A DNA stretch of 61,661 nucleotides, counting the filler. It is 7 parts of 7 records of this genome, joined end to end, with 100 filler letters (N's around TTAATTAATTAA, not from the genome) between each part and the next. Parts side by side here need not be neighbours in the genome. Positions count along the whole stretch, not along the records: positions 11,938 to 20,816 come from SRR31156797_22033; positions 20,917 to 33,977 come from SRR31156797_22034; 5 more parts are not named here. One strand, given 5' to 3'. Below are positions 19,230-31,600 of this stretch, piece by piece; the stretch's first letter is position 1, and each line of letters opens with the position of its first letter. Made by a program: the position numbers and the translations under genes. The notes beneath the pieces are model-generated. The model saw only the letters and a program-made list of their open reading frames with translations. It had not been told where the DNA came from and did no database searches.

Positions 19230-20450
19230 TTATATGGCAGCCATCAATAAACCAATATCCTTAGATGGAATAGAAAAGGTTTCTCCAATATAATGATTCG
19301 TAAGAATACCTCTATAAATATATAAGCCATTCCTGAATCCGGGATCGTCCTTAATCATCTTATTAACATTGCCATTTTCAGCCAATTGCATTAAAATTGG
19401 TGTAAAAATATTACTTAGTGCAATAGTAGCAGTTCGAGCCACATGCGATGCCACATTAGGAACACAATAATGAATTACATTGTGCTTAATAAATACAGGG
19501 TGGGCAAAATCTGTACAAATCGAAGTTTCAAAACATCCACCTTGTCCCATACTTAAATCAATAAGTATTGAACCTTGCTTCATTTGAGCAACTTGATCTT
19601 CAGTTACCATATAACTTAATCCGGATTGCAGGTATCTTAAGTTACCAATAACTGCATCTGCAGATTTTAATGCTTTTGTTAATGCTTTAGGATGTAAAAC
19701 AGAAGTAAATAGGCGTTGTCCGATATTGAGTTCAAGTTCTCTCAGATTTTTAAAAGAATTGTCAAAAACTTTTACAGTTGCACCTAACCCTAGTGCCGCC
19801 TTAGCAGCACTTTCTCCTGCAGTACCAGCTCCTAATATCACAACTTCTGATGGAGAAATGCCTGTTATTCCACCAAGTAAAACACCTTTCCCATTATGAG
19901 CTTTGCTTAGATACTCACTAGCTACCATGATGGAAGCAGCTCCTTCTATTTCACTCATACTGCGAGTTACCGGGAAACAACCATTTTCATCTTTTAAGAG
20001 TTCAAAGGCTATGGCATTCACCCTTTTACTCATGATTTTTTTGATAAGTTCCTTGGATTGCTGGTGAAGTTGAACTAAGGAAATGATAGTTTGATCTGCT
20101 TTTAAAAGAGCAATTTCTTCTTCCTTAAATGGGGATATTTTAAGAACAATTTCGGCTTTAAAAACTTCGTTGGCTGAATTAACTATTGTAGCTCCACACT
20201 CAGCAAAGTCTTTATCAAAGTAATTAGCAGGTTCACCGGCTCCTGTTTCAAATAAAACGGTGTGTCCATTTTCAACAAGTAACTCAATGCCTTGAGGAGT
20301 TAAAGCAATACGGTTTTCAAATTTTGACTTTTCCTTAGGGATACCAATCGTAAGTTTTTTACCCGATCTTTTAACCTCAAGCATCTCTTCCTGAGGTAGT
20401 AATCCTGTATTGTATAAAGGAAAGTTAGATTTGTCAATTATTCCAGCCAT
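19230..20450 (-). CDS. ald: Alanine dehydrogenase-family protein (Bacteroidota long form)
   Basis: IGIPKE..ENRIALTP, GVLLGG, ILGAGTAG, QGGCFET, HYCVPN; some catalytic positions look diverged. Confidence 0.8.
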   Translation of the reverse strand: MAGIIDKSNFPLYNTGLLPQEEMLEVKRSGKKLTIGIPKEKSKFENRIALTPQGIELLVENGHTVLFETGAGEPANYFDKDFAECGATIVNSANEVFKAEIVLKISPFKEEEIALLKADQTIISLVQLHQQSKELIKKIMSKRVNAIAFELLKDENGCFPVTRSMSEIEGAASIMVASEYLSKAHNGKGVLLGGITGISPSEVVILGAGTAGESAAKAALGLGATVKVFDNSFKNLRELELNIGQRLFTSVLHPKALTKALKSADAVIGNLRYLQSGLSYMVTEDQVAQMKQGSILIDLSMGQGGCFETSICTDFAHPVFIKHNVIHYCVPNVASHVARTATIALSNIFTPILMQLAENGNVNKMIKDDPGFRNGLYIYRGILTNHYIGETFSIPSKDIGLLMAAI

Positions 20451-20558
20451 TTACAACTAATATTCAATTCAGATCAACAAATATTCGGAAAGTTAATAAT
20501 TATTTCTAATAACTAATACCAAATAGTTGTTGTCTGAGTGAAATTATTGTGAAATATT

Positions 20559-20816
20559 TTACAGTGCTCCTTTTGTACTTGGAAGAGTATTGTTAAAAAC
20601 GTCTTTTCTGATGGCCATTTTAATAGCTTTTGCCAGTGCTTTAAAAATACCTTCTATTTTATGATGCTCGTTATCTCCCGATGCTTGTATTTGCAAGTTA
20701 CTTAATGATGCATCTGAAAAGCTTTTAAAGAAATGCAGAAACATTTCTGTTGGCATGTCGCCGACTTTTTCACGTTTAAAATCAGCTTCCCAAACCAACC
20801 AGGGTCTTCCTCCAAA
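20559..20816 (-). CDS. hisB: Imidazoleglycerol-phosphate dehydratase, C-terminal fragment
   Basis: [29 protein letters not shown]; 5'-truncated by the spacer. Confidence 0.93.
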   Translation of the reverse strand, partial: FGGRPWLVWEADFKREKVGDMPTEMFLHFFKSFSDASLSNLQIQASGDNEHHKIEGIFKALAKAIKMAIRKDVFNNTLPSTKGAL

Positions 20817-20916
20817 NNNNNNNNNNNNNNNNNNNNNNNNNNNNNNNNNNNNNNNNNNNNTTAATTAATTAANNNNNNNNNNNNNNNNNNNNNNNNNNNN
20901 NNNNNNNNNNNNNNNN
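20817..20916. other. Synthetic contig spacer
   Basis: 44 N + TTAATTAATTAA + 44 N. Confidence 0.99.
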
Positions 20917-20942
20917 GGGTTCGAATCCCTCCTGGCCTGCCA
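20917..20942 (+). tRNA. 3' end of a tRNA (T-arm, acceptor strand, CCA), probably tRNA-Trp
   Basis: GGGTTCGAATCCCTCCTGGCCTGCCA; identity inferred only from its position before secE because the anticodon is cut off. Confidence 0.8.
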
Positions 20943-20989
20943 TTTTGTTGTCAGTAGTATCAATTTAGATAACTCATCCCTCAGAGATA

Positions 20990-21262
20990 ATGACAGCTAA
21001 GAAAAAGTCCCGGGGCAGTAAGGCGAAACCAGTCAGTAAAAAAGAATCTGGTAAGTCTGAAAAGAAATCCAATTTTTCGCCTTCAGCTATCCGGTCCTTC
21101 ATTCAAGAAGTGCAGGTCGAGTTTAACAAAGTTGCTTGGCCTCAAAAGAAAGTAACGGTTGGCCTTACAGGGTTTGTTATTGTCCTGGTCGTTGTTATCT
21201 CGCTTTATCTTGGAATGGTTGATCTGTTGTTAGGCAAGTTCGTTTCCACTCTCCTCAATTAA
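20990..21262 (+). CDS. secE: Preprotein translocase subunit SecE
   Basis: EFNKVAWP motif plus single TM helix; precedes nusG. Confidence 0.95.
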   Translation: MTAKKKSRGSKAKPVSKKESGKSEKKSNFSPSAIRSFIQEVQVEFNKVAWPQKKVTVGLTGFVIVLVVVISLYLGMVDLLLGKFVSTLLN

Positions 21263-21284
21263 CTCTCCGCCCCCTCATAAGTAT

Positions 21285-21848
21285 ATGGCAAAGCACTGGT
21301 ATATCGTCCACACTCACACCGGTTTTGAAAATAAGGTTAAAGCCACCCTTGAAGAGCGTATTAAAAACGCTGATCAGGGTGAGTTGTTTGGTGAAGTGCT
21401 TGTGCCTACAGAACAGGTAGTAGAGATGGTTAAAGGTGCAAGAAAAACCTCAGAACGTAAGTTCTTTCCGGGGTACATTCTTGTGAGCATGGAGATGAAT
21501 GAGCAGACCTGGCATACAGTGCAGGAGACGCCACGCGTAACAGGGTTTGTTGGTGTTAATGCCAATCAGGCAATTGCTGGCGATGAACTTTTTAAACGGA
21601 TTCCTTCTCTGACAGAAAAAGAAGCGATGAAGATAATTGGGCGAATAGCCGAGGGAGCAAGTAAGCCTAAGCCTAAGGTTATTTTTGCCGAAGGTGATAC
21701 GGTTCGTGTTGTTGATGGTCCTTTCGCAAATTTTCAAGGCGTTATAGAGGAAGTTTATCCTGATAAGGGACGCGTTAAAGTAATGGTGTCTATATTTGGG
21801 CGATCAACCCCTGTAGAGCTTGAATATATACAGGTAAGTAATAACTAG
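21285..21848 (+). CDS. nusG: Transcription factor NusG
   Basis: WYIVHT..GFENKV, FFPGYI, KOW GPFANFQG, SIFGRSTPVEL. Confidence 0.97.
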   Translation: MAKHWYIVHTHTGFENKVKATLEERIKNADQGELFGEVLVPTEQVVEMVKGARKTSERKFFPGYILVSMEMNEQTWHTVQETPRVTGFVGVNANQAIAGDELFKRIPSLTEKEAMKIIGRIAEGASKPKPKVIFAEGDTVRVVDGPFANFQGVIEEVYPDKGRVKVMVSIFGRSTPVELEYIQVSNN

Positions 21849-21877
21849 GCATGTCGAGTTTAGTGTAGGAGTATATT

Positions 21878-22300
21878 ATGGCAAAAAAAATACAATCATA
21901 TATTAAGTTGCAGATCCCCGCCGGTAAGGCGAATCCTTCTCCGCCTGTTGGGCCAGCACTCGGTCAGCATGGCGTAAATATTATGGATTTCTGTAAAGCC
22001 TTTAATGCGAAAACCCAGGCTTCAGGGGACACCATTATTCCGGTTGTTATAACCGTGTATAACGATCGGTCATTTAGTTTTATTACTAAAACACCGCCAG
22101 CTTCAGTTTTGCTGCTTAAGGCAGCAGGCCTCGATAAGGGTTCAAGTAATCCAAAGCGTGAACGTGTTGCTGAGCTGTCTAGGGACCAGATCAAAGAGAT
22201 TGCAGAAATTAAAATGCCTGATCTTAACGCTTTTACTATTGAGCAGGCAATTCGTATTGTAGAGGGAACTGCCAGAAGTTGTGGTATTACGGTTGTTTAA
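21878..22300 (+). CDS. rplK: 50S ribosomal protein L11
   Basis: [18 protein letters not shown]. Confidence 0.98.
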   Translation: MAKKIQSYIKLQIPAGKANPSPPVGPALGQHGVNIMDFCKAFNAKTQASGDTIIPVVITVYNDRSFSFITKTPPASVLLLKAAGLDKGSSNPKRERVAELSRDQIKEIAEIKMPDLNAFTIEQAIRIVEGTARSCGITVV

Positions 22301-22371
22301 AGTTTTCAACCGGTTCGTCTAACCTGCACAGTTCACCTTGTGACAGGGAGAATTCAATTAGGGTGAGTAAA

Positions 22372-23082
22372 ATGCCAAAGCGCGGAAAAAATTACAAAAA
22401 TAGTATTGAGAGCAGAGACCCTCTCAATTTATATGATCTTGACGAAGCCATTGATTTGATGCTCAAGGCTAAGTACGCTAAATTTGATGAGTCCATTGAA
22501 ATTGCGGTACGCCTTGGTGTTGATCCTCGGCATGCTGACCAGATGGTTCGCTCAAGTGTTATTCTTCCTCATGGAACGGGGAAGGAAGTTAGAGTATTGG
22601 TCTTTGCAAAAGGCGAAAAAGAGGCAGAGGCGTTAGCTGCCGGAGCTGATTTCGCTGGAAGCACTGAGCTTGTTGAGAAAATTAAAGAAGGTTGGCTTGA
22701 ATTTGACAAGACCATTGCCACCCCTGATATGATGGGGGAAGTCGGAAAAATTGGTCGAGTTCTTGGACCTAGAAATCTGATGCCGAATGCGAAGCTTGGT
22801 ACTGTTACTTTCGATATCGACCGTGTTGTCAAAGAAGTGAAGATGGGTAAGGTTGATTTTAGGGTTGATAAAGCCGGTGTTGTACATGCTGCTTTAGGTA
22901 AGGCCTCTTTTGGGGTTGAAAAGCTGAGTGAAAATATCGCTAGTTTTATTGATAAACTTGTCCAACTCAAACCTTCCTCTAGTAAAGGGATTTACCTTAA
23001 AACAATCAGCTTGTCCAGTACCATGGGTCCTGGGTTTAAAGTTGACCCGTTGCAGGTACGATCCTTAATTAAAGGTTCTTAA
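22372..23082 (+). CDS. rplA: 50S ribosomal protein L1
   Basis: [28 protein letters not shown]; start at MPKRGK. Confidence 0.97.
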   Translation: MPKRGKNYKNSIESRDPLNLYDLDEAIDLMLKAKYAKFDESIEIAVRLGVDPRHADQMVRSSVILPHGTGKEVRVLVFAKGEKEAEALAAGADFAGSTELVEKIKEGWLEFDKTIATPDMMGEVGKIGRVLGPRNLMPNAKLGTVTFDIDRVVKEVKMGKVDFRVDKAGVVHAALGKASFGVEKLSENIASFIDKLVQLKPSSSKGIYLKTISLSSTMGPGFKVDPLQVRSLIKGS

Positions 23083-23181
23083 TGCTTCCTGCTCCACTGT
23101 TATCACGTGGAATAGGTTGGATTTTTTTTACTAGGTGAAGGGTGCATATTTTTCGCCTTAGTATTGGTTTTAAACCAGGGA

Positions 23182-23244
23182 TGGTCAGAGACAGCAGGTA
23201 CGGATGTTTAATAGCTCGTTTTTATGAGTTACCTGCCGAGGCCA
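23182..23244 (+). promoter_or_regulatory. L10 leader (ribosomal protein autoregulatory RNA)
   Basis: AGACAGCAGG...TTAA...CCTGCCGAGG signature upstream of rplJ. Confidence 0.8.
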
Positions 23245-23333
23245 AAGTCGATACATACGTATCGTAAAGATTGTCTTGTCATTTCCTCTATCTGTAACTT
23301 TGACAATCCCGTGACACTTAGGAGGTAATTACG

Positions 23334-23852
23334 TTGGATCGCAATGAAAAGACCGGTTTGGTCGGTGAGCTCAACGAAACCTTTTCCAAAGCAAAATTCG
23401 CAGTAGTAACAGACTACCGAGGATTGAAGGTTACGGAACTGGAGAAGTTGCGCCACGTACTGCGTGAGAATGATGCGCAGTTCCAGATTGCAAAAAATAC
23501 TTTACTGCGACTTGCTGTAAAAGGCACAGAGTACGAAGGACTTACAGAATCCTTTACAGGGACAACAGCGATTGCTTTTAGTTTTGAAGAGCCTGTTGGT
23601 CCGGCGAAAGCCCTTGCTGCTTTTAGTAAGGAATTTGAAGCTTTAGAAATTCGTTCTGCGGCTCTGGAAGGAAGTATATTGAGTGCTGCTGATGTCGTTG
23701 CACTTTCCAAGCTGCCAAGCAAAGATGAACTGCTTGGTAAATTGCTTGGCACAATGGCTGCTGTGCCTACAGGTTTTGTACGTGTACTTAATGGTATACC
23801 TGAGAAACTCGTTTACGGCCTGCAAGCTATCAAAGAGCAGAAAGAAAACTAA
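23334..23852 (+). CDS. rplJ: 50S ribosomal protein L10 (TTG start)
   Basis: DYRGL, KNTL, LPSKDEL; AGGAGG RBS. Confidence 0.96.
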   Translation: MDRNEKTGLVGELNETFSKAKFAVVTDYRGLKVTELEKLRHVLRENDAQFQIAKNTLLRLAVKGTEYEGLTESFTGTTAIAFSFEEPVGPAKALAAFSKEFEALEIRSAALEGSILSAADVVALSKLPSKDELLGKLLGTMAAVPTGFVRVLNGIPEKLVYGLQAIKEQKEN

Positions 23853-23920
23853 TTGTAGTCTGTTAATCATGTGGTAACGGATTATTTTAACTATACGAAG
23901 ATTTGTCCGGAGGAAAGACA

Positions 23921-24304
23921 ATGGCTGTAACTAAAGAAGATGTAATTGAGTTTATTTCCAATATGACCGTTCTGGAGCTTTCTGAGCTCATTACAGAACT
24001 TGAAGAGAAGTTTGGTGTATCTGCTGCAGCACCAGTTGCTGTCGCAGCTGTTGGAGCTGCTGGTGGTGATGCTGGTGGTGCTGCCGAAGAGCAGACAGAG
24101 TTTGATGCAGTATTGACTGCAGCAGGCGATCAAAAAATTAAGGTTATTAAAGAGGTACGCGCTATCACCTCTCTCGGGTTGAAAGAAGCTAAAGCTTTGG
24201 TTGAGGGTGCACCTGCACCTATTAAAGAAGGTGTAACCAAAGAAGAAGCAGAAGAAATCAAGTCTCAACTCGAAGGCGTTGGTGGCGCAGTCGAAATAAA
24301 ATAA
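23921..24304 (+). CDS. rplL: 50S ribosomal protein L7/L12
   Basis: [34 protein letters not shown] before ATG 23921. Confidence 0.98.
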   Translation: MAVTKEDVIEFISNMTVLELSELITELEEKFGVSAAAPVAVAAVGAAGGDAGGAAEEQTEFDAVLTAAGDQKIKVIKEVRAITSLGLKEAKALVEGAPAPIKEGVTKEEAEEIKSQLEGVGGAVEIK

Positions 24305-24362
24305 AAGTATATTTATTCGTGTTGAACGGGATTTATCCCGTCAGCAAGCTTACATCGCTGGC

Positions 24363-24393
24363 AACGCTACAGGGTTAATCATCCTGTAGCGTT
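24363..24393 (+). terminator. rplL-rpoB intergenic hairpin (attenuator/terminator-like)
   Basis: AACGCTACAGG-9 nt-CCTGTAGCGTT perfect 11-bp stem; a second hairpin ACGGGAT/ATCCCGT lies just upstream. Confidence 0.55.
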
Positions 24394-24505
24394 CTTGCGT
24401 TTGCAGATAGAAGTTTAGACACGGGGAAATATATTCGTAATATCAGGCACTTAGTAGACAGTTTCTTTGCTAAGGCTAGGTTTAGCGGAAATTTCGAGGA
24501 AAACG

Positions 24506-27500
24506 ATGAAAAGAGTACGTAAAAGTTTTGCCAAAACAAGCCACGTTGTTGAGCCGCCGCACCTGATTGCAATGCAGCGAGAATCTTATGAGCATTTTTT
24601 GCAAAGGGATATTGCACCCGATCAGCGACAACTTCATGGCTTGCAGGCGATTTTTCAAGATATATTCCCCATAACTGATTTTAACGGACTCTGCTCACTT
24701 GAGTTTGTTCGATACTCGTTTGGTGAATCCAAGTATACCGTCGATGAATGCGTCGAAAGAGGGATGACCTACGAAGTTCCTGTCAAAATTACTGTCAGAC
24801 TTATAACATTTGATGTGGACGAAGAAACAGGCGTCCAGTCGGTCCGTGATATTAAGGAACAGGAAATTTTTCTCGGTGCATTACCACTTATGACCCAGGA
24901 TGGGGTTTTTGTGGTGAATGGTACAGAAAGAGTGATTGTTAACCAGCTGCAGAGATCCCCTGGGCTTTTCTTTACCCATGATAATGGGAAATCCCACTCA
25001 TCTGGGAAACGACTTTATTCTGCACGGATTATCCCTGTTCGCGGTTCCTGGCTTGATTTTGAGTTCGATATTAAAGATGTACTATATGTAAGAATAGACA
25101 GACGTAGAAAACTTCCTGTAACCGTACTTCTCAAAGCATTGGGATACGATGATGTAAGTCTTTTACAGGAATTTTATCACTCAGATACTGTTTATAATAA
25201 AGAAGGTCAATTTAGTATCAAGTTCAATCCAGAGACCTTCACGGGGCAGAGACTCAACACTGATCTCATCAGCCCTTTAGATGGGTCGGTTATTGGAAAG
25301 AAAGGGCGTAAAGTTTCCAAGGCGCTATCCAAAAGAATAATTGAGGCAGGGATTGAAGAGGTAGCTGTTGAGCCTGATCGCTTACTTGAAAGGTTCTTTG
25401 CAAATGATATTATCGACAACGCAACCGGCGAGGTAGTAGCTAAATGCAACGAGCCTGTCACAGAAGCCTTTTTAGAATCTCTTGCAGAAAGCAATGTTAA
25501 TAGCTTTGATCTGCTTTTTATAGATGGTGTTAGTGTAAGTGAATCCTTTCGTAAAACTCTCTTTGTAGACAAAGTGAGAGATACCGAAGAGGCTCTCATA
25601 GAAATTTACCGGAGGCTGCGGCCATCAAGTCCCCCAACCCCTGAAGTAGCTCAAACCTTTTTTGAAAATTTATTTTTTAATGCCGGAACATATGATTTGT
25701 CAGAGGTGGGTAGGTATAAAATAAATACCAAATTAGGCCTGCACACTCCTATTGAAGATCGTACATTGACCAAAGAAGATATTCTCAAAGGTGTTCAGCA
25801 CCTGGTTCGTATTAAAGACGAATCTAGAGATGGTGACGATATTGACCATCTCGGTAACAGGCGAGTTAGGACAGTTGGAGAATTGTGTGAGAATCAGTAT
25901 CGCATGGGGCTCGTCCGTATGGAACGCGCTACCAAAGAACGGATGACCTTACAGGAGATCGAGACGCTTATGCCTCACGATCTCGTAAATCCAAAACCCG
26001 TTACGTCTGCTATTAAGGAGTTCTTTGGTACTTCTCAACTTTCACAGTTCATGGATCAGACTAACCCTCTGTCTGAAGTAACACATAAGAGAAGGCTCTC
26101 AGCACTTGGGCCCGGCGGTCTTTCTCGTGAACGTGCCGGTTTTGAGGTACGTGATGTTCATACCACTCATTATGGTAGAATTTGTCCTGTTGAAACACCT
26201 GAAGGTCCCAATATTGGCCTCATTGTTTCACTGGCTACTTATGCTAAGGTAAACCCTTACGGGTTTATTGAGACCCCATACCGTTACGTTCAGGAACGTC
26301 TTGTTTCAGATGAATACAAGTACCTGTCTGCCATACAGGAAGAAAAACACACCATTGCACCTGCTAAGGTTGAAATGGATGGCAACGTGATCTCTACTGA
26401 TTATTTGATCGCGCGTCATGCGTATGAAGTTACCATGGTACCCGCTGATGATATTTCAATGATGGATGTTGCCCCTAATCAATTGGTTTCTGTAGCAGCA
26501 TCGCTTGTACCTTTTCTTGAAAATGATGATGCTAACCGCGCATTGATGGGATCCAACATGCAGCGTCAAGCTGTTCCGCTTTTGCAACCTAGCTCGCCTC
26601 TTGTTGGCACCGGTGTCGAAAAATATGTAGCAAGAGACTCTGGGGCCTGCCTTCTTGCTGGCGGAGATGGTGTAGTTGAAGAGGTTGACTCCTGTAGAAT
26701 AGTTGTTCGATATGATGAACCTGGAGTCGATGGATTCGACACAGGAATTGGTGTTTATAGGCTATCTAAGTATAAAAAGTCCAATCAAAACACCTGCTTT
26801 AACCAAAAGCCTTTGGTCCTTCCCGGCGAAAGGGTAGTTAAAGGGTCTGTTCTTGCCGATGGTCCATCTTGTGAGATTGGTGAACTTGCCCTTGGTAAAA
26901 ATGTAACAATCGCCTTTATGCCGTGGCGAGGTTACAACTTCGAGGATTCTATCCTCATCAATGAAAGACTGCTTCGCGAAGACACCTTTACCTCGGTCCA
27001 TATAGAAATTTTTGAAACTATGGCTCGTGACACTAAACTTGGTAAGGAAGAAATTACACGCGACATCCCCAACGTAGGGGAGGAAGGGTTACGCAATCTA
27101 GATGAGTCTGGAATTGTCCGGGTTGGTGCTGAAGTCGGGCCAGGAGATATGCTGGTTGGTAAAGTGACGCCTAAAGGCGAAAGCATGCTCTCGCCTGAAG
27201 AGAAACTTTTACGTGCTATTTTTGGTGAAAAAGCCGGAGATGTCAAAGATTCCTCTCTTCGTGTTCCACCAGGGGTTGAAGGTGTCGTTATTGATGCTAA
27301 GGTTTTCTCTCGAAAAGGTGTTGATAAAGATGAGCGGACCCTCATGATTGAGGAAACTGAGATCGAACGCCTTAACCGCGATATGGAAGATGAGCTGAAA
27401 AGTCTCAAAAAAGGCGTACGCAACTCACTGTCTACTTTCTTAGTTGGGCGAACAGCTAAAGCCGATATCGTTGACAAATCTGGCAGGGTTGTATTGCCGT

Positions 27501-28579
27501 TAGGCAAACAGCTTACAGAGAAAGCTCTTGAACAGGTCAAGTTTGCTGAACTTCCAATGCTTGATTTTGCAGAAAAGGCGAAATACAGCGAGCAAATCGA
27601 AAATGTTTTCTCCAATTATAATAGCCAGGCCGCCATTGTCCGATCCAGGTATGAAGGGATCGCTGAACGAATGGAAAAAGGTGATGATCTTCCCCCAGGT
27701 GTTGTGAAGATGGTCAAAGTTTATGTGGCTACCAAACGTAAACTTGCTGTTGGTGATAAAATGGCAGGCCGTCATGGCAACAAAGGTGTTGTTTCCAGAT
27801 TGCTTCCTGAAGAAGACATGCCTTATTTTGCTGATGGCACAACCGTAGACATTGTACTGAACCCGTTGGGTGTTCCATCTCGTATGAACGTTGGTCAGGT
27901 ACTTGAGTGTCATCTTGGTTTTGCAGCTAAAAGACTTGGTGAAAAACTTTATAATTTTTCCAGAAATTATGAAGTTGAAATGGTGAGGGAGCAGCTACAG
28001 AAGATCTATTCTGCAGATGAATACGAAGCACTCACACAAGGGCTTGACGATGATCAGTTGCTCAACCTGGCGAGGAAAAGCCGAAGAGGACTTCATATGG
28101 CAACGCCTGTATTTGATGGTGCTTCTGAATCTGAAATTCGCCAATTACTTGTAGAAGCAGGTGTTGATGAGGTCGGTCAGTCGACTCTTTATGACGGGCT
28201 GACTGGTGATGCGTTTGATAATCAAGTCACTGTTGGTGTTATGTATATGTTAAAACTGCACCACCTTGTTGATAATAAAATTCATGCCAGGTCCACAGGT
28301 CCATACTCGTTGGTTACTCAACAACCCTTAGGCGGGAAGGCCCAGTTTGGCGGGCAGCGTCTTGGAGAGATGGAAGTGTGGGCAATGGAGGCCTATGGTG
28401 CTGCATACACTCTGAAGGAATTTTTGACCGTCAAATCCGATGATGTAGAAGGGCGAACAACCATGTATGAGAAAATTGTAAAAGGTAATAATTTTCTTGA
28501 AACCGGTCTCCCTGAATCCTTTCATGTTCTTGTAAAAGAATTAAAAGGACTCTGTCTTGATGTAGAGCTGCAGGAATAA
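24506..28579 (+). CDS. rpoB: RNA polymerase beta subunit
   Basis: [57 protein letters not shown] before ATG 24506 (ORF track start 24467). Confidence 0.99.
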   Translation: MKRVRKSFAKTSHVVEPPHLIAMQRESYEHFLQRDIAPDQRQLHGLQAIFQDIFPITDFNGLCSLEFVRYSFGESKYTVDECVERGMTYEVPVKITVRLITFDVDEETGVQSVRDIKEQEIFLGALPLMTQDGVFVVNGTERVIVNQLQRSPGLFFTHDNGKSHSSGKRLYSARIIPVRGSWLDFEFDIKDVLYVRIDRRRKLPVTVLLKALGYDDVSLLQEFYHSDTVYNKEGQFSIKFNPETFTGQRLNTDLISPLDGSVIGKKGRKVSKALSKRIIEAGIEEVAVEPDRLLERFFANDIIDNATGEVVAKCNEPVTEAFLESLAESNVNSFDLLFIDGVSVSESFRKTLFVDKVRDTEEALIEIYRRLRPSSPPTPEVAQTFFENLFFNAGTYDLSEVGRYKINTKLGLHTPIEDRTLTKEDILKGVQHLVRIKDESRDGDDIDHLGNRRVRTVGELCENQYRMGLVRMERATKERMTLQEIETLMPHDLVNPKPVTSAIKEFFGTSQLSQFMDQTNPLSEVTHKRRLSALGPGGLSRERAGFEVRDVHTTHYGRICPVETPEGPNIGLIVSLATYAKVNPYGFIETPYRYVQERLVSDEYKYLSAIQEEKHTIAPAKVEMDGNVISTDYLIARHAYEVTMVPADDISMMDVAPNQLVSVAASLVPFLENDDANRALMGSNMQRQAVPLLQPSSPLVGTGVEKYVARDSGACLLAGGDGVVEEVDSCRIVVRYDEPGVDGFDTGIGVYRLSKYKKSNQNTCFNQKPLVLPGERVVKGSVLADGPSCEIGELALGKNVTIAFMPWRGYNFEDSILINERLLREDTFTSVHIEIFETMARDTKLGKEEITRDIPNVGEEGLRNLDESGIVRVGAEVGPGDMLVGKVTPKGESMLSPEEKLLRAIFGEKAGDVKDSSLRVPPGVEGVVIDAKVFSRKGVDKDERTLMIEETEIERLNRDMEDELKSLKKGVRNSLSTFLVGRTAKADIVDKSGRVVLPLGKQLTEKALEQVKFAELPMLDFAEKAKYSEQIENVFSNYNSQAAIVRSRYEGIAERMEKGDDLPPGVVKMVKVYVATKRKLAVGDKMAGRHGNKGVVSRLLPEEDMPYFADGTTVDIVLNPLGVPSRMNVGQVLECHLGFAAKRLGEKLYNFSRNYEVEMVREQLQKIYSADEYEALTQGLDDDQLLNLARKSRRGLHMATPVFDGASESEIRQLLVEAGVDEVGQSTLYDGLTGDAFDNQVTVGVMYMLKLHHLVDNKIHARSTGPYSLVTQQPLGGKAQFGGQRLGEMEVWAMEAYGAAYTLKEFLTVKSDDVEGRTTMYEKIVKGNNFLETGLPESFHVLVKELKGLCLDVELQE

Positions 28580-28658
28580 CGCACTAACGATACATGAAAG
28601 AGAATAAAATGCGCGTTTCTACCGTCAATGACTTTTTTGAAAATATATAGGTGATTTC

Positions 28659-31600
28659 GTGGAAGAACTGTTCAGCTTCTTTGCAAAACCCAAAGGTCCC
28701 GTCAGCTTTAGTAAAGTAAAAATATCCTTAGCATCTCCAGAAAAGATCAGAGAATGGTCCCATGGAGAGGTTAAAAAGCCTGAGACAATAAACTATCGAA
28801 CGTTCAAGCCTGAACGTGACGGGCTTTTTTGTGCAAAGATCTTTGGCCCAGTTAAAGATTATGAGTGCAATTGCGGTAAGTATAAACGTATGAAACATCG
28901 CGGCGTCGTCTGCGAAAAATGCGGTGTTGAGGTAATTCAGTCAAAAGTACGTCGTGAGCGACTGGGGCACATAGAATTGGCAGCGCCTGTCGCGCATATT
29001 TGGTTTCTGAAAAGTCTCCCGTCCAAAATAGGTGCTATCCTTGATATGACGCTCAAACAGCTTGAGCGTATTCTTTATTTTGAATCTTATGCAGTTGTGA
29101 CCTCTACAGTTGAAGAGATGCCTGTAGCGACACTTCTTAATGAAGAACAATATCGGTCTGCTCTTGAAAATCACCCAGGCGCATTTCGAGTTGGTATTGG
29201 GGCAGAGGCTATTCGCGAGATGCTTATGGGACTTGATCTCGTTGAGCTCTCTGAAACTCTTCGGCGCGAGATGAAGGAAACCGGGTCAGCGACCAAACGT
29301 GCCAAATATGGGAAGCGACTCAATGTAGTAGAGGCCTTTCGTGATTCTGGTAATAAACCCGAATGGATGATTCTTGAGGTTATTCCAGTTCTGCCGCCAG
29401 ATTTACGTCCTCTTGTACCGTTAGAGGGCGGGCGATTCGCTACTTCTGATCTTAATGATCTTTACCGAAGGGTTATTAATAGAAACAATCGTCTGAAGAG
29501 ACTGCTTGAGCTCGATGCCCCTGATATTATCATTCGGAATGAAAAACGAATGCTTCAGGAAGCGGTTGACGTTCTTTTTGATAATGGAAGGCGCGGTAGA
29601 ACTATTACCGGTCCTAATAAGCGGCCTCTCAAATCGCTTTCCGATATGCTGAAAGGGAAGCAAGGGCGTTTTCGTCAGAACCTGCTTGGTAAGCGTGTCG
29701 ATTATTCCGGCCGTTCAGTCATCGTTGTAGGTCCTCATCTGCGGCTCCATCAGTGCGGTCTTCCCAAAAAAATGGCCCTTGAACTGTTTAAGCCATTTAT
29801 TTACAACCGGCTTGAACAGAAAGGGTACGTGACCACCATTAAGAGCGCCAGAAAGATGGTGGAAAAAGGTGCTAAAGAGGTTTGGGATGTATTGGATGAT
29901 ATTGTTCGTGAATATCCCGTTATACTCAACCGTGCACCGACGCTTCATCGTCTGGGTATGCAAGCCTTTGAAGTAGTGTTGATCGAAGGAAAGGCTATTC
30001 AGTTGCACCCGCTTGTCTGTGCTGCATTTAACGCTGACTTTGATGGAGATCAGATGGCAGTGCATGTGCCGCTGTCCGTAGAGGCTCAGGTTGAAGCCAG
30101 GGTTCTCATGATGTCAACTAACAACATCTTGTCTCCCGCAAACGGTGGGCCGATTATTATTCCGAGCCAGGATATTGTCCTTGGGTTGTATTATATGACG
30201 AGGGATAGGTTTGGTGTGATTGGGGAAGGTGCTGTTTACAGCTCTCCTGTGGAAGCAAGAATGGCATACGATCACGGCGCTGCTCATTTGCAGGCCAGGG
30301 TTAAGACTCGTATTAAGGGCAAATTGGTTCAGACAACCATTGGCAGGATGATTGTGGGCGAACTGCTGCCTGATCCGGTTCCTTTTTCACTCGTCAACAA
30401 AGAGCTTTCTAAGAAAGAACTTGCCTTCCTTATTGATTATACCTATCGCCATGCTGGTACAAAAGATACTGTTATCCTTGCTGACCGACTAAAGGACATG
30501 GGGTATGAGTATGCTACAAAGGCCGGTATTTCGATCTGCATCAACGACATGATGATTCCGGTTAAAAAGGAAGAATTTGTTGAGGAAGCTGAAACGGAAG
30601 CTGCTGAAGTTGATCAGCAATATACAGATGGCCTCATTACAGATGGCGAGAAGTATAATAAAATTATCGATATTTGGTCGAAGGCCACCGACAAGATCAC
30701 CAAAGAAATGATGGATGAATTGGCGGTTGAATATGCTCCCGATCTCTCAGGGAAAGTTCAAGAAATTAAGAGTTTCAATGCTGTATACATAATGGCTGAT
30801 TCCGGCGCCAGAGGGTCCAAAGACCAGATCCGTCAGCTCGCTGGGATGCGTGGTTTGATGGCCAAGCCATCTGGTGAAATCCTTGAGACACCGATTAAAG
30901 CTAACTTCCGGGAAGGTTTGAATGTCCTTGAGTACTTTATTTCTACGCATGGTGCTCGTAAGGGTCTGGCAGATACTGCGCTTAAAACAGCGAACTCCGG
31001 TTATCTCACAAGGCGCCTGGTTGATGTAGCTCAAGATTCAACCATTGTTATCAAAGATTGCGCCACAATGCGCGGTGTGCAGGCTGAACCGTTGATCGAA
31101 GGTGGTGAGGTTATAGTCCGTATCGGAGAGCGGATTCTCGGGCGAGTAGCACTTGATGACATTGTGGATCCGCACACCGGTGAGGTCCTGGTTGAAATGG
31201 ACGAGGAAATTACTGAGGAGAAAGTTGAGGCAATAGAAGCCGCAGGTGTTGATAGAGTCATGATTCGTTCCGTATTAACCTGTGAGGCCAAACGAGGTGT
31301 TTGTGCTATGTGTTACGGGCGAGATCTGGGCCGTGGGCATATGGTTAATATTGGTGAGGCTGTTGGAATCATTGCCGCTCAGTCCATTGGTGAGCCTGGT
31401 ACTCAGCTTACCATGCGTACATTCCACATCGGCGGTACAGCTAGTAGAGCGGTCGAACAGGCTGAAGTACGTAGCCAGCGTGGTGGCAAGATTCAATACA
31501 AAGAATTGCACTCAGTTAGAAACGACGAAGGGTTCCTTGTTGTCATGACTCGTAACGCTGAAGTCACAGTATTGGATGATCAAGGTGTTGACCGCGAACG

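Noticed and set aside
26020-26120. Rifampicin-resistance substitutions in rpoB cluster I
   Set aside because: [25 protein letters not shown] keeps the wild-type Q, D, H and S residues.
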